A stretch of 64,000 nucleotides of DNA from Fervidobacterium sp. (GCA_049970055.1 JBMFNR010000002.1:212406-276405); one strand, 5' to 3'. Counted from the first letter of the stretch, positions 52,061 to 62,895 are shown. Program-made: numbers and translations. The notes: a model not told the origin generated them from the letters alone.

Positions 52061-53827
52061 ATGAGATTAAAAGATCTACTCAAACGGAAATTTTTCAATG
52101 TGTCAATATTAACATTTATTAGCCTTACAGTTGTTTATTTTATCGTTTTCTATTCAATTGTTCACCAATATTGGGAATATATGAGAAGAAATTTTGAATC
52201 TGCAATTGAAGTTATAAGAGATTCATCGTTGAACTTCTTAATGAGGAGTGAAGAACCACTACTCAAGGCTCTAGACGGCCTTATAGTGGATATATCCTTT
52301 GATAGGGAAAACGCTATAAAGTATATAGATAAATTTGTTAGTCTACATAACAAAAATAACTCTTGGAATTTACCAAGCTGCTCGTACAAAAGAGTCGATG
52401 AAAAAGAAATTCCAAATTTTGTTGAATTAAAGTTGGATAAGGATTTAGACTATTATATAACAAGAAGAATTACCAATTTGGGATTCATTCAGAACGTGTA
52501 TATAAAAGTTGATAATATCTACTATCTTATAGCCTTCAACGAGAAATTAACTGATGAGTCAAATTTACTACGAAATATACAAAGGCTTAGTTCCATGTTT
52601 GATTTGTGGGATATGAAAGTACTAAGCTTTACAGACCCAACGTCAATCGATAGTACTTCTCTCTCTTGTGTATTTTCGCTAAATGGTGGTCATTCAATAG
52701 GATCGTTAACAGACGAAGAAATAAAGCAACTTGCCCTGAAAGCGTTTAAAGAAAAACAAACTCAAATTGTAAGCATTGGATTCAGTGTTAATTACGTTGA
52801 TTTTTTGTCCATCGAAAGTGAGAAAGTGTCATTTGAGCCTTTAATCATCTATCTTAGGTTTAACTTTTCTTCCTTTTTTTATCCAATAGTCTCTGGAATT
52901 ACAGTAACTGTTGTTTTTATGTTATTTATATTTCTGATTGTCAACAATATTTCAAAAAAATTCTCAGACGAAATATCTGAACCATTTTCAGCTCTTGTAA
53001 AGAGTATGAAGAAAAGCTCAGCGATTCGTGAATTCGATGATAGCGAGATGCCTGATACTAACATAGACGAAGTGAGGGAGCTCGTATCTGAATATCACAA
53101 TATGAGAACTGAACTGTCAGCTGTTATGCAAGAACTTAGAGCTTCCAACGAAGATCTGGAGCAATCTTACAAAGAACTTGAAGAATTGTCGAAAAAACTT
53201 GAGAATTCATATTTGTATTTTGCGAGACAGTTAGCAACTATTGCAGAAAAATATGATGAGGACACGGGAGATCACATAGATCGTGTTGGAGAACTATCCG
53301 CATTTTTAGGTCAAAAGATTGGACTGTTACCGGATATTGTTGAAAAGCTCAGAATCTTTGCACCACTGCACGATATAGGTAAGATATTAATTCCAAAAGA
53401 GATTCTCAATAAACAAGGTAGACTTTCTGAGGAAGAATTCGAGGAAATGAAAAAGCACACAATATATGGAGCAAACATCTTGGGCGATTCGGAATATTTC
53501 TTGCTAGCAAGAAATATTGCACTTTACCATCATGAAAAGTATGATGGTAGTGGGTACCCGTACGGACTGTCGGGCGAAGAAATTCCTATTGAAGCACGCA
53601 TTGTTGCTTTAGTCGATGTGTACGATGCTCTAAGATCAAAAAGACCTTACAAAGATGGACTGTCTCATGAAGAAGCTGTTGAAATAATAACAAAAGGGGA
53701 CGATAGAACCCGTCCCGAACACTTCGACCCGAAGCTGCTGGAAATTTTCGTTGAAAATAGCGAACAAATTAAAAAACTTTGGGAAGAGATGTCAATGGGA
53801 AATAAAAGTAGTGAGAGTAATGATTAG
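52061..53827 (+). CDS. Membrane-bound HD-GYP phosphodiesterase with extracytoplasmic sensor and HAMP-like linker
   Basis: Two TM segments, coiled coil, DTGDH, HDIGK, HHEKYDGSGYP, RPYK; GGAGG SD before MRLKD. Confidence 0.92.
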   Translation: MRLKDLLKRKFFNVSILTFISLTVVYFIVFYSIVHQYWEYMRRNFESAIEVIRDSSLNFLMRSEEPLLKALDGLIVDISFDRENAIKYIDKFVSLHNKNNSWNLPSCSYKRVDEKEIPNFVELKLDKDLDYYITRRITNLGFIQNVYIKVDNIYYLIAFNEKLTDESNLLRNIQRLSSMFDLWDMKVLSFTDPTSIDSTSLSCVFSLNGGHSIGSLTDEEIKQLALKAFKEKQTQIVSIGFSVNYVDFLSIESEKVSFEPLIIYLRFNFSSFFYPIVSGITVTVVFMLFIFLIVNNISKKFSDEISEPFSALVKSMKKSSAIREFDDSEMPDTNIDEVRELVSEYHNMRTELSAVMQELRASNEDLEQSYKELEELSKKLENSYLYFARQLATIAEKYDEDTGDHIDRVGELSAFLGQKIGLLPDIVEKLRIFAPLHDIGKILIPKEILNKQGRLSEEEFEEMKKHTIYGANILGDSEYFLLARNIALYHHEKYDGSGYPYGLSGEEIPIEARIVALVDVYDALRSKRPYKDGLSHEEAVEIITKGDDRTRPEHFDPKLLEIFVENSEQIKKLWEEMSMGNKSSESND

Positions 53828-53829
53828 CT

Positions 53830-54729
53830 TTACTTATTTCTCAATTCATTGACAAGTGTTTCCAGAATAGATAATTTTCCAGAAAGTTTATTAACTTGTT
53901 CGGAAAGTTTTGAAACCGCATCTATGAGTTTTACGATATCTGTGTCCTGCTTTTTAATTTTCTCCGTAATCATTGAAAGTTCATTTGTGATGCTAGTTAT
54001 GTTATCTTTCAGAGGATTTAACATCTCTTCAATATCTTCAACTGAAGGTTTTGAACTCGCAATCTCGTAGATCATACTGGTGTATTCTTCGAGTAATTCC
54101 ATTCTGTTTACTACACCATCAGCCAGGCTGAGTTCTATATTTTCAATCTTACTATTTAATCTGTTTTCCAATTCATCGAGTAGAGATATATCAGCTTTGT
54201 TGTTAAGTGTATCGTATATGTTTACAATATCCTGATCGTATATATCCAACTTCAGAGAAATAGACTGTAATTCCTCATTTGTTTTTTCATTTATTTTATC
54301 GATATTTGCTGTTTTTTCAAATAGTTGTGATACTGAATCAGATAGGTTTCCAAGGGTGTCGTAGATTTTCAGAATATCACCGTCGTGAATGTCTATGGTT
54401 ACTTTCAGCTCGTTAATCATTATTTTAAGTTCATCTAACTGAGATGATAGCGACTGACCTAATTCATCGATAGAGATTTGTGCATACGATGTCAACCTAT
54501 CTTCGAGATCTAAAAGATTTTGGGCAAGCTCATACACAAATTCATAGATCGATGGTAGCCCAGTATCAATAGTGTTTTCGATGTTTATCATACGTGTCTC
54601 AAGTTCACTCAAGCGGGAATCAATAGTTGAAATGTCTAGATCTTGGGAATTAGTTGGTTCTTGTCCGAGTGCAAAAGCTATTGCTAATGCAATGAGAATA
54701 AAAGACACAACTTTCCTTGCTTCCAACAT
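53830..54729 (-). CDS. Secreted coiled-coil protein with internal repeats
   Basis: Signal peptide (AFALG), heptad pattern throughout, repeats DIxDxDIxxIYDTL. Confidence 0.75.
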   Translation of the reverse strand: MLEARKVVSFILIALAIAFALGQEPTNSQDLDISTIDSRLSELETRMINIENTIDTGLPSIYEFVYELAQNLLDLEDRLTSYAQISIDELGQSLSSQLDELKIMINELKVTIDIHDGDILKIYDTLGNLSDSVSQLFEKTANIDKINEKTNEELQSISLKLDIYDQDIVNIYDTLNNKADISLLDELENRLNSKIENIELSLADGVVNRMELLEEYTSMIYEIASSKPSVEDIEEMLNPLKDNITSITNELSMITEKIKKQDTDIVKLIDAVSKLSEQVNKLSGKLSILETLVNELRNK

Positions 54730-54856
54730 AGTTTCTCCCTCCCTTGGATTTAGTGGCTGTTGTATTGCCCATTATGTGTAACATCGTAGGCTTATGATTT
54801 TATATTATACAACACTTTTTTTAATTTAATACGACTAAATTTTACATATAAATAAA

Positions 54857-54892
54857 TTAAAAACCACGGTGGAAAAGCACCGTGGTTTTTAA
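54857..54892 (-). terminator. Terminator after purL
   Basis: TTAAAAACCACGGTG-GAAAAG-CACCGTGGTTTTTAA. Confidence 0.9.
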
Positions 54893-54908
54893 CTTTTGAA
54901 TGGATTTC

Positions 54909-56708
54909 TCAGAGTAAATAACCAACTTTTTGCTTTGGTAAAGATGTTTGAGGTTCACCAAAGACAAGTACGAACTGGTGCACAGGATCATGTTTTGGAA
55001 CGCGTATTCTTAAAGAATATCCGATTTTTCTTAATGTATTCTCGAGGGTTTTTCTTCTTGTGAAGTCATGCATACTAACAACAAAATTACCTTGCTTTAC
55101 GATTTTTTCTATTTCTTTCCAGAGCTCTTTTTCTCTCTCCAATTTGAAGTCAGGGAATCCCACAATATACACATGACCTTTTTTTGGCTTATTTACAAGT
55201 TGGTTTTCGAGTTTTCCTACCATTCCAACAACGAGTGTTGGAGGTATGCCTTTACCATTGTAAGTATTATAAAGTGATGCGTTTCCCGATGCCACAGGGA
55301 CATTGGAAAACTCGCACGCATCCTTCAAACCTTTCATCTGTGCTGCAAGACCCATCGGATCGATATCTGGGTCAGCATAGTTTATTCCATCAGTGATTGC
55401 AAGAGGTATAGCTCCTACGGAAAGTGTTTTTCTAATACTTTCGATAACAGTTACAAACGCTCCCCAATATGGACTTTGAACACCAATGTCTGCCCTACTA
55501 TGTATTGTCAACGAATATCCGACAGAACTCTTGACGCGCATTATTGCAGGTCCAAAACCTGGAGGTAAGATGGTATCGGTACCAACCATATAGTCGTATT
55601 TTCTAAAAACTTCATGCGCGTCAACGTCTTTGAATTTTATCCATTTGAAGTTTGGCAAATCGGAAGGTGTGTAATGGTAAATAGGTTCTTCTGGTGCTTC
55701 CTCGAGTATTTTTGCAGGAACGTCGATTATAACTTCGCCATTGTAAAGTGCAATGTAACGGCCATTATCAGTGACTTGTGCGACTATGTCTGCATAAAGT
55801 AAATGTTTCCTGGCAACTTCGATAACTCTCTTTGCTTTTTCTGGGGAGGTAACGACAGCCATACGTTCTTGACTTTCACTTATCAGTATTTCAATAGGTT
55901 TCATGTCGGGTTCACGAAGTGGTACTCTTTCAAGGTGTACAATTGCACCTAACCTACCACGTGCAACAAGTTCACTTGTTGCGGATAATACACCGCCAGC
56001 ACCAAGATCCTGGGCTCCTTCCACCAAATTTTCCTCAATCATTTGTAAAAAAGCTTCTATTAGATTCTTTTCAGCGAACGGATCACCTACTTGTATTGAC
56101 AATTTCGTTGCTTTTTCGCCTATTAAGTCTTCAGAAGCGAATGATGCACCATGTATTCCATCTCGTCCTGTAGCACCACCAAAAATCACTATAACCTGTC
56201 CGGGGTACAAGGCTTTGGATTGTATCAACTGGTCATTCTTTCCAACCCCTACTGCCATTACATTGACAAGCGGATTGTGTTTGTAGTAATTAGAAATTCT
56301 GAGCTCACCACCAACTGTTGGAACACCAATAGAATTTCCGTAATCTGATATACCTTCGACGATCCCATCTATGACCTTATCCATATGCAACGAATCCAAA
56401 ATAGCGGTTGGCCTCGCACCCATTGCAAGTACGTCTCTTATGATACCACCAACACCTGTTGCAGCGCCGTTGAACGGTTCAATTGCACTTGGATGGTTAT
56501 GACTTTCAACTTTGAATGCTAAGAAATGATAATCATCAAGATTAACTATGCCAGCATTTCCCCCAGCTCCAACCCTTGGTAAATTTCTTATATAGCCCTT
56601 TGTGTGTGAATAACCGCAATGCTCACTCCACATTACGGTGAATGCTTCAATCTCTTCTCTTGTTGCTTTCCTACCAAGTATCTTTTCAAGTCTGTCCAGG
56701 TACTTCAT
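54909..56708 (-). CDS. purL: FGAM synthase subunit PurL (small type)
   Basis: MWSEHCGY, ESHNHPS, GAATGVGGIIRD, DLGAGG, SESQERM. Confidence 0.98.
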   Translation of the reverse strand: MKYLDRLEKILGRKATREEIEAFTVMWSEHCGYSHTKGYIRNLPRVGAGGNAGIVNLDDYHFLAFKVESHNHPSAIEPFNGAATGVGGIIRDVLAMGARPTAILDSLHMDKVIDGIVEGISDYGNSIGVPTVGGELRISNYYKHNPLVNVMAVGVGKNDQLIQSKALYPGQVIVIFGGATGRDGIHGASFASEDLIGEKATKLSIQVGDPFAEKNLIEAFLQMIEENLVEGAQDLGAGGVLSATSELVARGRLGAIVHLERVPLREPDMKPIEILISESQERMAVVTSPEKAKRVIEVARKHLLYADIVAQVTDNGRYIALYNGEVIIDVPAKILEEAPEEPIYHYTPSDLPNFKWIKFKDVDAHEVFRKYDYMVGTDTILPPGFGPAIMRVKSSVGYSLTIHSRADIGVQSPYWGAFVTVIESIRKTLSVGAIPLAITDGINYADPDIDPMGLAAQMKGLKDACEFSNVPVASGNASLYNTYNGKGIPPTLVVGMVGKLENQLVNKPKKGHVYIVGFPDFKLEREKELWKEIEKIVKQGNFVVSMHDFTRRKTLENTLRKIGYSLRIRVPKHDPVHQFVLVFGEPQTSLPKQKVGYLL

Positions 56709-57400
56709 AACTGAACACCTACGCTTGATTTTCTCTTAATTGATTTAACGTAGTTAAACGCGCTTAGAAACACTCTTAATCCATCATCTGAACCAAGTAT
56801 CTTTTCCATTGCCCGCTCTGGATGCGGCATTAAACCAAGTACGTTTTTTGAACTGTTTGAAATTCCAGCGATCATATCATCCGAGCCGTTTACATCATAA
56901 GTGTACTTGAAGACAATGTTTGTTTCTCCAACTTTAACATACCTGCCGAAACCGTGAGCAATTGGTAATTTAACCCTTTCACCCTTTTGAAAGTACATTG
57001 TAAATGGTGTTGTGTTATCAACAACTTCAAGTTCAACAATATCACAGATGAAATGACCACATGAATTTTGTAGCAAGGCGCCTGGTAATAGTCCCATTTC
57101 AACAAGAATTTGAAAACCGTTGCAAATACCTATAACAAGCCCCCCACGGCTTACGAAATTTTTTATCTTATACGCAATTGGTTCTCTTGCGGCTATAGCG
57201 CCTACGCGTAGATAATCACCATATGAAAACCCACCGGGTAAAACAATAAGATCGGCGTTTATGTCGTCATGTATACCAATGAATTCCGCGTCAAAGCCAA
57301 CATACCCAAGCGCCCATAATGCATCACGGTCACAATTGCTTCCAGGATACACAACAACTTGCGCTTTGGGAACAGAGTTAGAATTAAAATTAAAACTCAT
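56705..57400 (-). CDS. purQ: FGAM synthase glutaminase subunit
   Basis: PGSNCD, PGGFSYGDYLR, GICNGFQ, MPHPER. Confidence 0.98.
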   Translation of the reverse strand: MSFNFNSNSVPKAQVVVYPGSNCDRDALWALGYVGFDAEFIGIHDDINADLIVLPGGFSYGDYLRVGAIAAREPIAYKIKNFVSRGGLVIGICNGFQILVEMGLLPGALLQNSCGHFICDIVELEVVDNTTPFTMYFQKGERVKLPIAHGFGRYVKVGETNIVFKYTYDVNGSDDMIAGISNSSKNVLGLMPHPERAMEKILGSDDGLRVFLSAFNYVKSIKRKSSVGVQL

Positions 57401-57645
57401 AATTCTTTCACCTCATATGTTTCCGTTACGGTGTTAACGAGTAACTTCTCACATGTACGATTAACCATCTGTAAAGCTTCTTGCTTACTTTCGGCTTCCA
57501 CATCTACATGGATTGATTTTCCAAGTCTAATGTCTTTAACAGGTATACTGTACTCTTCGTTTAGAACTCTTTTTATAGTTTCTCCACGTGGATCTCTGAC
57601 GCTACTTTTGTATTGAATATCAATTACAAATCGATAGATTGGCAT
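57397..57645 (-). CDS. purS: FGAM synthase subunit PurS
   Basis: DPRGETI, RLGK, LLVNTVTE; between purC and purQ. Confidence 0.95.
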   Translation of the reverse strand: MPIYRFVIDIQYKSSVRDPRGETIKRVLNEEYSIPVKDIRLGKSIHVDVEAESKQEALQMVNRTCEKLLVNTVTETYEVKEL

Positions 57646-58319
57646 AAGCTTAACACCACCTCGTATTTTTCTATTGGATTTCCCAAATCTTTTCTGTAAA
57701 TATCCTTATCGAAAATCTCACCTGATTTTCTAAGCCGCATTGTGTCCGGAGATATCTCATCGCCTAAACACACATTACCGTCTACATCGATTCCAAATTC
57801 GAATTTCATATCCCACAATTCTATTCCAGATCTTTCAAAAAATTCCTTTAAATATTTGCCTGCCATTTTTGCTTGATTAACAATCTCTACTGCTACCTCC
57901 TTTGTTGTAATGCCAAGTACTTCGAGATGCTCTATACATATAAGTGGATCGTGGAGTTGATCACTTTTGTATGTGAATTCCACAAGTGCATCAGGTAAAG
58001 ATTCTCCTTCTGTTCCACCATAGCGTCTCACAAAAGAACCAGCTTTTTTAAACCTTACAATGACCTCAAGTGATATCATACTCAATTTCTTAGCGCGGAT
58101 TTTATTTGGTGGAAGGTATTCAATAAACATCGTCTTCACGCCTTTTGAGTTCAGGTATTTCATAAGCCTTGATGTGATTTCGGAACATATAGCACCTTTA
58201 TTTGGAAGTACATCATGTTTTGCACCATCGCCCGCTGTGATGTCATCTTTGAAATGCAAAATCACTTCTTTTCCCAGGTCTTCCACCTTTTTCGTTTTGC
58301 CCTCAGCTATTATGTTCAT
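57624..58319 (-). CDS. purC: SAICAR synthetase
   Basis: [31 protein letters not shown]. Confidence 0.98.
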   Translation of the reverse strand: MNIIAEGKTKKVEDLGKEVILHFKDDITAGDGAKHDVLPNKGAICSEITSRLMKYLNSKGVKTMFIEYLPPNKIRAKKLSMISLEVIVRFKKAGSFVRRYGGTEGESLPDALVEFTYKSDQLHDPLICIEHLEVLGITTKEVAVEIVNQAKMAGKYLKEFFERSGIELWDMKFEFGIDVDGNVCLGDEISPDTMRLRKSGEIFDKDIYRKDLGNPIEKYEVVLSLCQSIDL

Positions 58320-58861
58320 ATTAATCTCTCCCTTTCGTATCTTTCATAGCCTAAATCTTCAAGTGTTTTGGCCTTTTTTTCAATTTCATCGTTCATCAGA
58401 GCTTTGTACTTTTTGAGTTTTTCTTTCAAAGTTGGATATTTTAACGAAAGTATTTGCACCGCAAGTAATCCGGCATTCTGAGCGTTGTTTATAGCTACAG
58501 TTGCAACTGGTACACCCTTTGGCATTTGAACGATCGATAATAGCGAATCAAGCCCATCTAATGAGGAACCTTTCACAGGTACACCTATTACTGGTAAGGT
58601 AGTTATTGAGGCAACCATGCCGGGAAGGTGAGCTGCACCTCCAGCACCTGCGATTATCACTTCTATACCCCTATCTTCAGCACTTTTAGCATAGTCAAAC
58701 ATTCTCTGCGGTGTGCGATGCGCGGACACAATAGTGAGTTTGTAAGGTACACCAAACTCTTCAAGTACCTTTGCCGCATGCTTCATTACTTTCAAATCAG
58801 AATCGCTTCCCATTATGATGCCAACTATAGGATGGCTTGGGATTTCATAAATATTTGACAT
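58316..58861 (-). CDS. purE: N5-CAIR mutase
   Basis: [34 protein letters not shown]. Confidence 0.98.
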   Translation of the reverse strand: MSNIYEIPSHPIVGIIMGSDSDLKVMKHAAKVLEEFGVPYKLTIVSAHRTPQRMFDYAKSAEDRGIEVIIAGAGGAAHLPGMVASITTLPVIGVPVKGSSLDGLDSLLSIVQMPKGVPVATVAINNAQNAGLLAVQILSLKYPTLKEKLKKYKALMNDEIEKKAKTLEDLGYERYERERLI

Positions 58862-58886
58862 TTCCTCACCTCATTTTTAAATACTT

Positions 58887-60092
58887 TTAAGTATTATAAG
58901 CGTTATTTGAATTCAACTTCTCACTACCTAATATTCTTATTTTCTCTTTCAAATATCTGGCCTTTTCAATGGCGCGTTCTAGATCTTTATCAACTATCGT
59001 TACATGCCCCATCTTACGCTTTGGAAAAGTCTGCGATTTACCATAAAAATGCAAATGTGCTCCTTCTATCTTGAAGATCTCGTCGAAATTTTCTATGATA
59101 GGCCTACCTTTGTATCCATCCTCGCCGAGGAGGTTAATCATAACGGCGGGGGAGTGCTGATGAGTGCTCCCAAGTGGTAGGTTGCAAATTGCTCTTATAT
59201 GCTGCTGAAACTGATTTGTAAAGCATGATTCTATCGTATGATGTCCCGAATTATGCACACGTGGTGCTATTTCATTTATTAGTATATCACCATCTTCTAA
59301 CAAAAACATCTCTATAGCAAAGACACCAACTCCGTCAAACTTTGATACCACCTCGACAGCTAGTTGCTTTGCTTTGGACGAGATGTTTTCACTTATTCTC
59401 GCCGGACTGATAAGATAATCAAGTATGTTACTATTTTTGTCAAATACCATTTCAACAACATCATAAATTTTTACTTCTTTGCTTTTATTTCTTGCAACCA
59501 AGACTGACAATTCTTTTTCGACATGTACAAACTCTTCTATATAAGACTCTGCTTTCATAATATTTTTTAGATCGCTAACATTTTTGACAACAAAAACACC
59601 TCTGCCGTCGTAACCACCGCGCCTTGTTTTTTGCACGAATGGAAACGTGATGTTGTTCTTATCAAGGAGAGATTTCATATCTTCCAGATCTTCACTTTTT
59701 GACAGATCAACTTTGAATATGTATGGTGTTGGAAGGCCATGAGAGGTGAGAAATTCTTTTTGAGCTACTTTATCACTGATCGTTTCAAGTATGTGTGGTG
59801 ATGGTTGAATTTCGTAGCCTTTGTTGTACAAGTCTATTAGAACTTTTACATTTACATGTTCGATTTCATATGTTACTACATCTGATTTCTCAACGAGCTT
59901 TTTTAGTGCTCCTTCATCATACAAACTTCCGACGATTAGCTCATCACAAAGATGCGAGACAGGGCAATCGGGATCTGGGTCGAGGGCGATTACTCTGAAT
60001 CCCATTCTTTTAGCTTCAATAGTCAACATCTTTCCCAATTGCCCACCACCGATAATACCGATACTTTTAAACGGAAACGAGGCTTTTTTCAT
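58887..60092 (-). CDS. purK: N5-CAIR synthetase
   Basis: GGGQLGKM, GGYDGRG, NEIAPRVHNSGH, RKMGH. Confidence 0.97.
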   Translation of the reverse strand: MKKASFPFKSIGIIGGGQLGKMLTIEAKRMGFRVIALDPDPDCPVSHLCDELIVGSLYDEGALKKLVEKSDVVTYEIEHVNVKVLIDLYNKGYEIQPSPHILETISDKVAQKEFLTSHGLPTPYIFKVDLSKSEDLEDMKSLLDKNNITFPFVQKTRRGGYDGRGVFVVKNVSDLKNIMKAESYIEEFVHVEKELSVLVARNKSKEVKIYDVVEMVFDKNSNILDYLISPARISENISSKAKQLAVEVVSKFDGVGVFAIEMFLLEDGDILINEIAPRVHNSGHHTIESCFTNQFQQHIRAICNLPLGSTHQHSPAVMINLLGEDGYKGRPIIENFDEIFKIEGAHLHFYGKSQTFPKRKMGHVTIVDKDLERAIEKARYLKEKIRILGSEKLNSNNAYNT

Positions 60093-60134
60093 ACTTGTTT
60101 AACCCCCACGACTTTATGCGAACCTCTTTATTTT

Positions 60135-61355
60135 TTATTCAATCACAAGATTTGCTATGATACCAGCTATAGCTGAAAGTGCCATACCTTTCAGTTCAAC
60201 ACTACCAATTTTTATGCTCGCCCCACCGATTCCAAGTGTGAGTATTAGTGCAGCTATGATTAAGTTTCTTGATTTCGAAAAGTCCACTTTTGACTCGACG
60301 AGAGTTCTTACACCAATCGAAGCTATCATTCCAAAGAGTATCAAACTAACCCCACCAATCACAGGTGTAGGAATTGTTTGGAGGACAGAGCCAAATTTTG
60401 AGAAGAAAGCTATAACAATTGCCAAAATCGCTGCTCCTCTTAATATCGACGCTTCATATACTTTCGTTATGGCAAGTACTCCCGTGTTCTCGCTATAGGT
60501 AGTATTCGCCGGTCCACCTAACAGCGCTGCTACCATTGTTGCAAGTCCATCACCAAGCAATGTTCTATGAATACCCGGTTTTTCAAAGAAATTCTTTCCA
60601 ACAACGGCACCGTTTGTTGTTATATCACCAATATGTTCCATTACAGTCACAAATGCAACGGGGGCTATCAGACTTATTGCTTCTATATCGAATTTTGGAA
60701 AGATAAAGTGGGGAATCGATAGCCACGGGGTGTTGACAATTGGTGAGTAATCAACTATACCGGAGAGTGCAGATGCTATATATCCGACAAGCACACCTAA
60801 TAAGACGGGAATGAGAGAAAAGAAACCTTTAAAAACAGAAGAGGAAGCGATTACCGTAATTATTACAACTATTGCTATGGGCCAATTTGAAGACGCCATG
60901 TTTACAGCAACGGGCGAAAGCCCCAAACCAATTACCATGATCATGGGACCTGTGACAACTGGTGGGAACAACTTTTTTATGATGCTATTTCCAGCAAGCT
61001 TGACGATGAGCGAAAAGACAAGGTAAACAGTTCCCGCAGCAACTACACCGCCCAGAGCGTACCTAATGTCACCGTACTTTTCCTTTACCATTATTATCGG
61101 GGCAATGAACGCGAAGCTCGAACCTAAGAAAACGGGTACTTCACCACCGGTTATAAAGTGAAATAACAATGTACCAAATCCCGCGGTGAATAGAGCTACC
61201 AGAGGATCTAACCCTGTAAGAAGGGGAACCAAAACCGTTGCACCAAACATTGCTATGAAATGCTGAAGAGAGAGGAGAAATTTCTTTGAGGTTGGAAGAC
61301 TCTTCATCGAAGAGTTTTCTTCATAGGTAGTAGTAATAACTTCTGCCTTTTCCAT
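60135..61355 (-). CDS. uraA: Uracil permease (NCS2 family)
   Basis: [32 protein letters not shown] as in UraA/PyrP. Confidence 0.9.
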   Translation of the reverse strand: MEKAEVITTTYEENSSMKSLPTSKKFLLSLQHFIAMFGATVLVPLLTGLDPLVALFTAGFGTLLFHFITGGEVPVFLGSSFAFIAPIIMVKEKYGDIRYALGGVVAAGTVYLVFSLIVKLAGNSIIKKLFPPVVTGPMIMVIGLGLSPVAVNMASSNWPIAIVVIITVIASSSVFKGFFSLIPVLLGVLVGYIASALSGIVDYSPIVNTPWLSIPHFIFPKFDIEAISLIAPVAFVTVMEHIGDITTNGAVVGKNFFEKPGIHRTLLGDGLATMVAALLGGPANTTYSENTGVLAITKVYEASILRGAAILAIVIAFFSKFGSVLQTIPTPVIGGVSLILFGMIASIGVRTLVESKVDFSKSRNLIIAALILTLGIGGASIKIGSVELKGMALSAIAGIIANLVIE

Positions 61356-61365
61356 ACTTTTCCCT

Positions 61366-61396
61366 CCTTCCTCGCCTCACTGGGCGAAATTAAAGG
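61366..61396 (-). promoter_or_regulatory. PyrR-binding RNA element overlapping the uraA SD
   Basis: Minus strand CCTTTAA-TTTCGCCCAGTGAGGCGA-GGAAGG resembles the PyrR loop (CUUUAA...CCNGNGAGG...GAAGG). Confidence 0.75.
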
Positions 61397-61504
61397 TGTT
61401 CTGTGTTATTCAGAGGTATTCAATTTTCCACAAGTTTATACTATCACAAAGCTGCGTAAGTAGTCAACGTTAACGATAATTATTTTTTGTTACGTTAATC
61501 TTTA

Positions 61505-62272
61505 TTAGATTACAATTACTGGATACCTGTTTTTAGGGTGCTCGATAATTTCAACGCTTATGTTGTATACACTCTCGATGATACTTTTTTGTATTATTTC
61601 ACTAGGTGTACCAACTTTTATTATTTTGCCACCTTTCATTAGAGCAATATAATCACAGTATTTGGATGCGATCGTAATATCATGGAATGTACCAAGGACC
61701 GTCTTGCCCATCTTTGTAATTGATTTAAGATAGTCCATAACTTTTACGGCCTGACCAATATCCAGATGGTTAATAAGCTCATCTGCTATTATGATGGGCG
61801 TATTTTGATAAATGGCGCGCGCAATTAAAACACGCCTCTGTTGTCCGCCACTGAGTGTTGAAAATGGCCTTTTTCTATATTCAACAAGGTTTACAGTTTT
61901 TAACGAATCCAAAAGTCTTTCTTCATCAACTTCAGTATCGAAGAGTGATTTTGAATGTGCTATACTTCCCATTTCCACTATCTCTTCCACAGTATAGTCG
62001 TATGAAGGGTTGAAATCTTGTGCTATGTAAGCTATATTTTGTGCCATTTTTTTGTGGGAAAAGTGTTTTACGTCTTGACCATTCACGAAAATCTTACCAC
62101 TTGATGGTTTAAGAAATTTCATAATTATCGACAAAATTGTGGTCTTCCCAGAACCGTTCGGACCGATTATACCAAAAAACGATGAATGTGGTATTGAAAG
62201 TGAAAGATCCGTTATTGAAAAATCACCACCGTAAGTAAACGAAATGTTCTGTATTTCGATCACATTTTTCAT
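61505..62272 (-). CDS. ABC transporter ATPase (iron-siderophore/cobalamin type)
   Basis: GPNGSGKTT, LSGGQQRR, ADE, HD; no adjacent permease. Confidence 0.85.
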   Translation of the reverse strand: MKNVIEIQNISFTYGGDFSITDLSLSIPHSSFFGIIGPNGSGKTTILSIIMKFLKPSSGKIFVNGQDVKHFSHKKMAQNIAYIAQDFNPSYDYTVEEIVEMGSIAHSKSLFDTEVDEERLLDSLKTVNLVEYRKRPFSTLSGGQQRRVLIARAIYQNTPIIIADELINHLDIGQAVKVMDYLKSITKMGKTVLGTFHDITIASKYCDYIALMKGGKIIKVGTPSEIIQKSIIESVYNISVEIIEHPKNRYPVIVI

Positions 62273-62895
62273 CTTTCCGCCTCCGTATTCGTTGCCGTTG
62301 ATGTCTTATCTATTTCTTCCATGCTCATGATCTGATTATCAATGCCTTTTCGACTCTTTGCCAATTCATTTTCATGCATTTGTTTATATTTATCGTACAA
62401 ACTCATAACGTTTTTTGCGTAAATTTCTTTATTTTTACCATTGTTGTATGATTCGAGAGCTTTTGAAAGTGATCCTGTCTTTTTGTAAAGGTACGAAAGA
62501 TACGCAGTACCATACGTTATGTTCAACTTATAATCCGTTAAGAGCTGGTTCCAATCTTTTGGAACTTCCAAACTAAGTAATTTCGCAATAATTTGTGCCG
62601 TAGATGGAAGAATCTGCATCATTCCAAGAACTCCACCCGGACCTTTCGCATTTACAAAGTTACTTTCGTACGCTATAACAGTTGTTATAAACACCGGGTC
62701 CATTTCGTATTTTTCGCTCACAGCACATATCGTATTCCACAGTTCTTCGATAAATTCAACAGTAGTTTTTTCCTTCACACCTGTTCTTTTTTTTGCTACA
62801 ACATCTGCAAACCACCCAGGTGCTTGACTAAAAGCAAGTGAAGAAATAATTAATAAAGTTAAAAATGTAATTAACTTTGAAAATCTCTCTATCAT
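62269..62895 (-). CDS. Lytic transglycosylase (SLT domain)
   Basis: Signal peptide, IAYESNF, GMMQILPSTA, YNNG. Confidence 0.9.
   Translation of the reverse strand: MIERFSKLITFLTLLIISSLAFSQAPGWFADVVAKKRTGVKEKTTVEFIEELWNTICAVSEKYEMDPVFITTVIAYESNFVNAKGPGGVLGMMQILPSTAQIIAKLLSLEVPKDWNQLLTDYKLNITYGTAYLSYLYKKTGSLSKALESYNNGKNKEIYAKNVMSLYDKYKQMHENELAKSRKGIDNQIMSMEEIDKTSTATNTEAER

Noticed and set aside
54730..54810. Small GCCTA...TGGGC hairpin in the leader of the coiled-coil gene
   Set aside because: Weak, with no riboswitch consensus or expression platform
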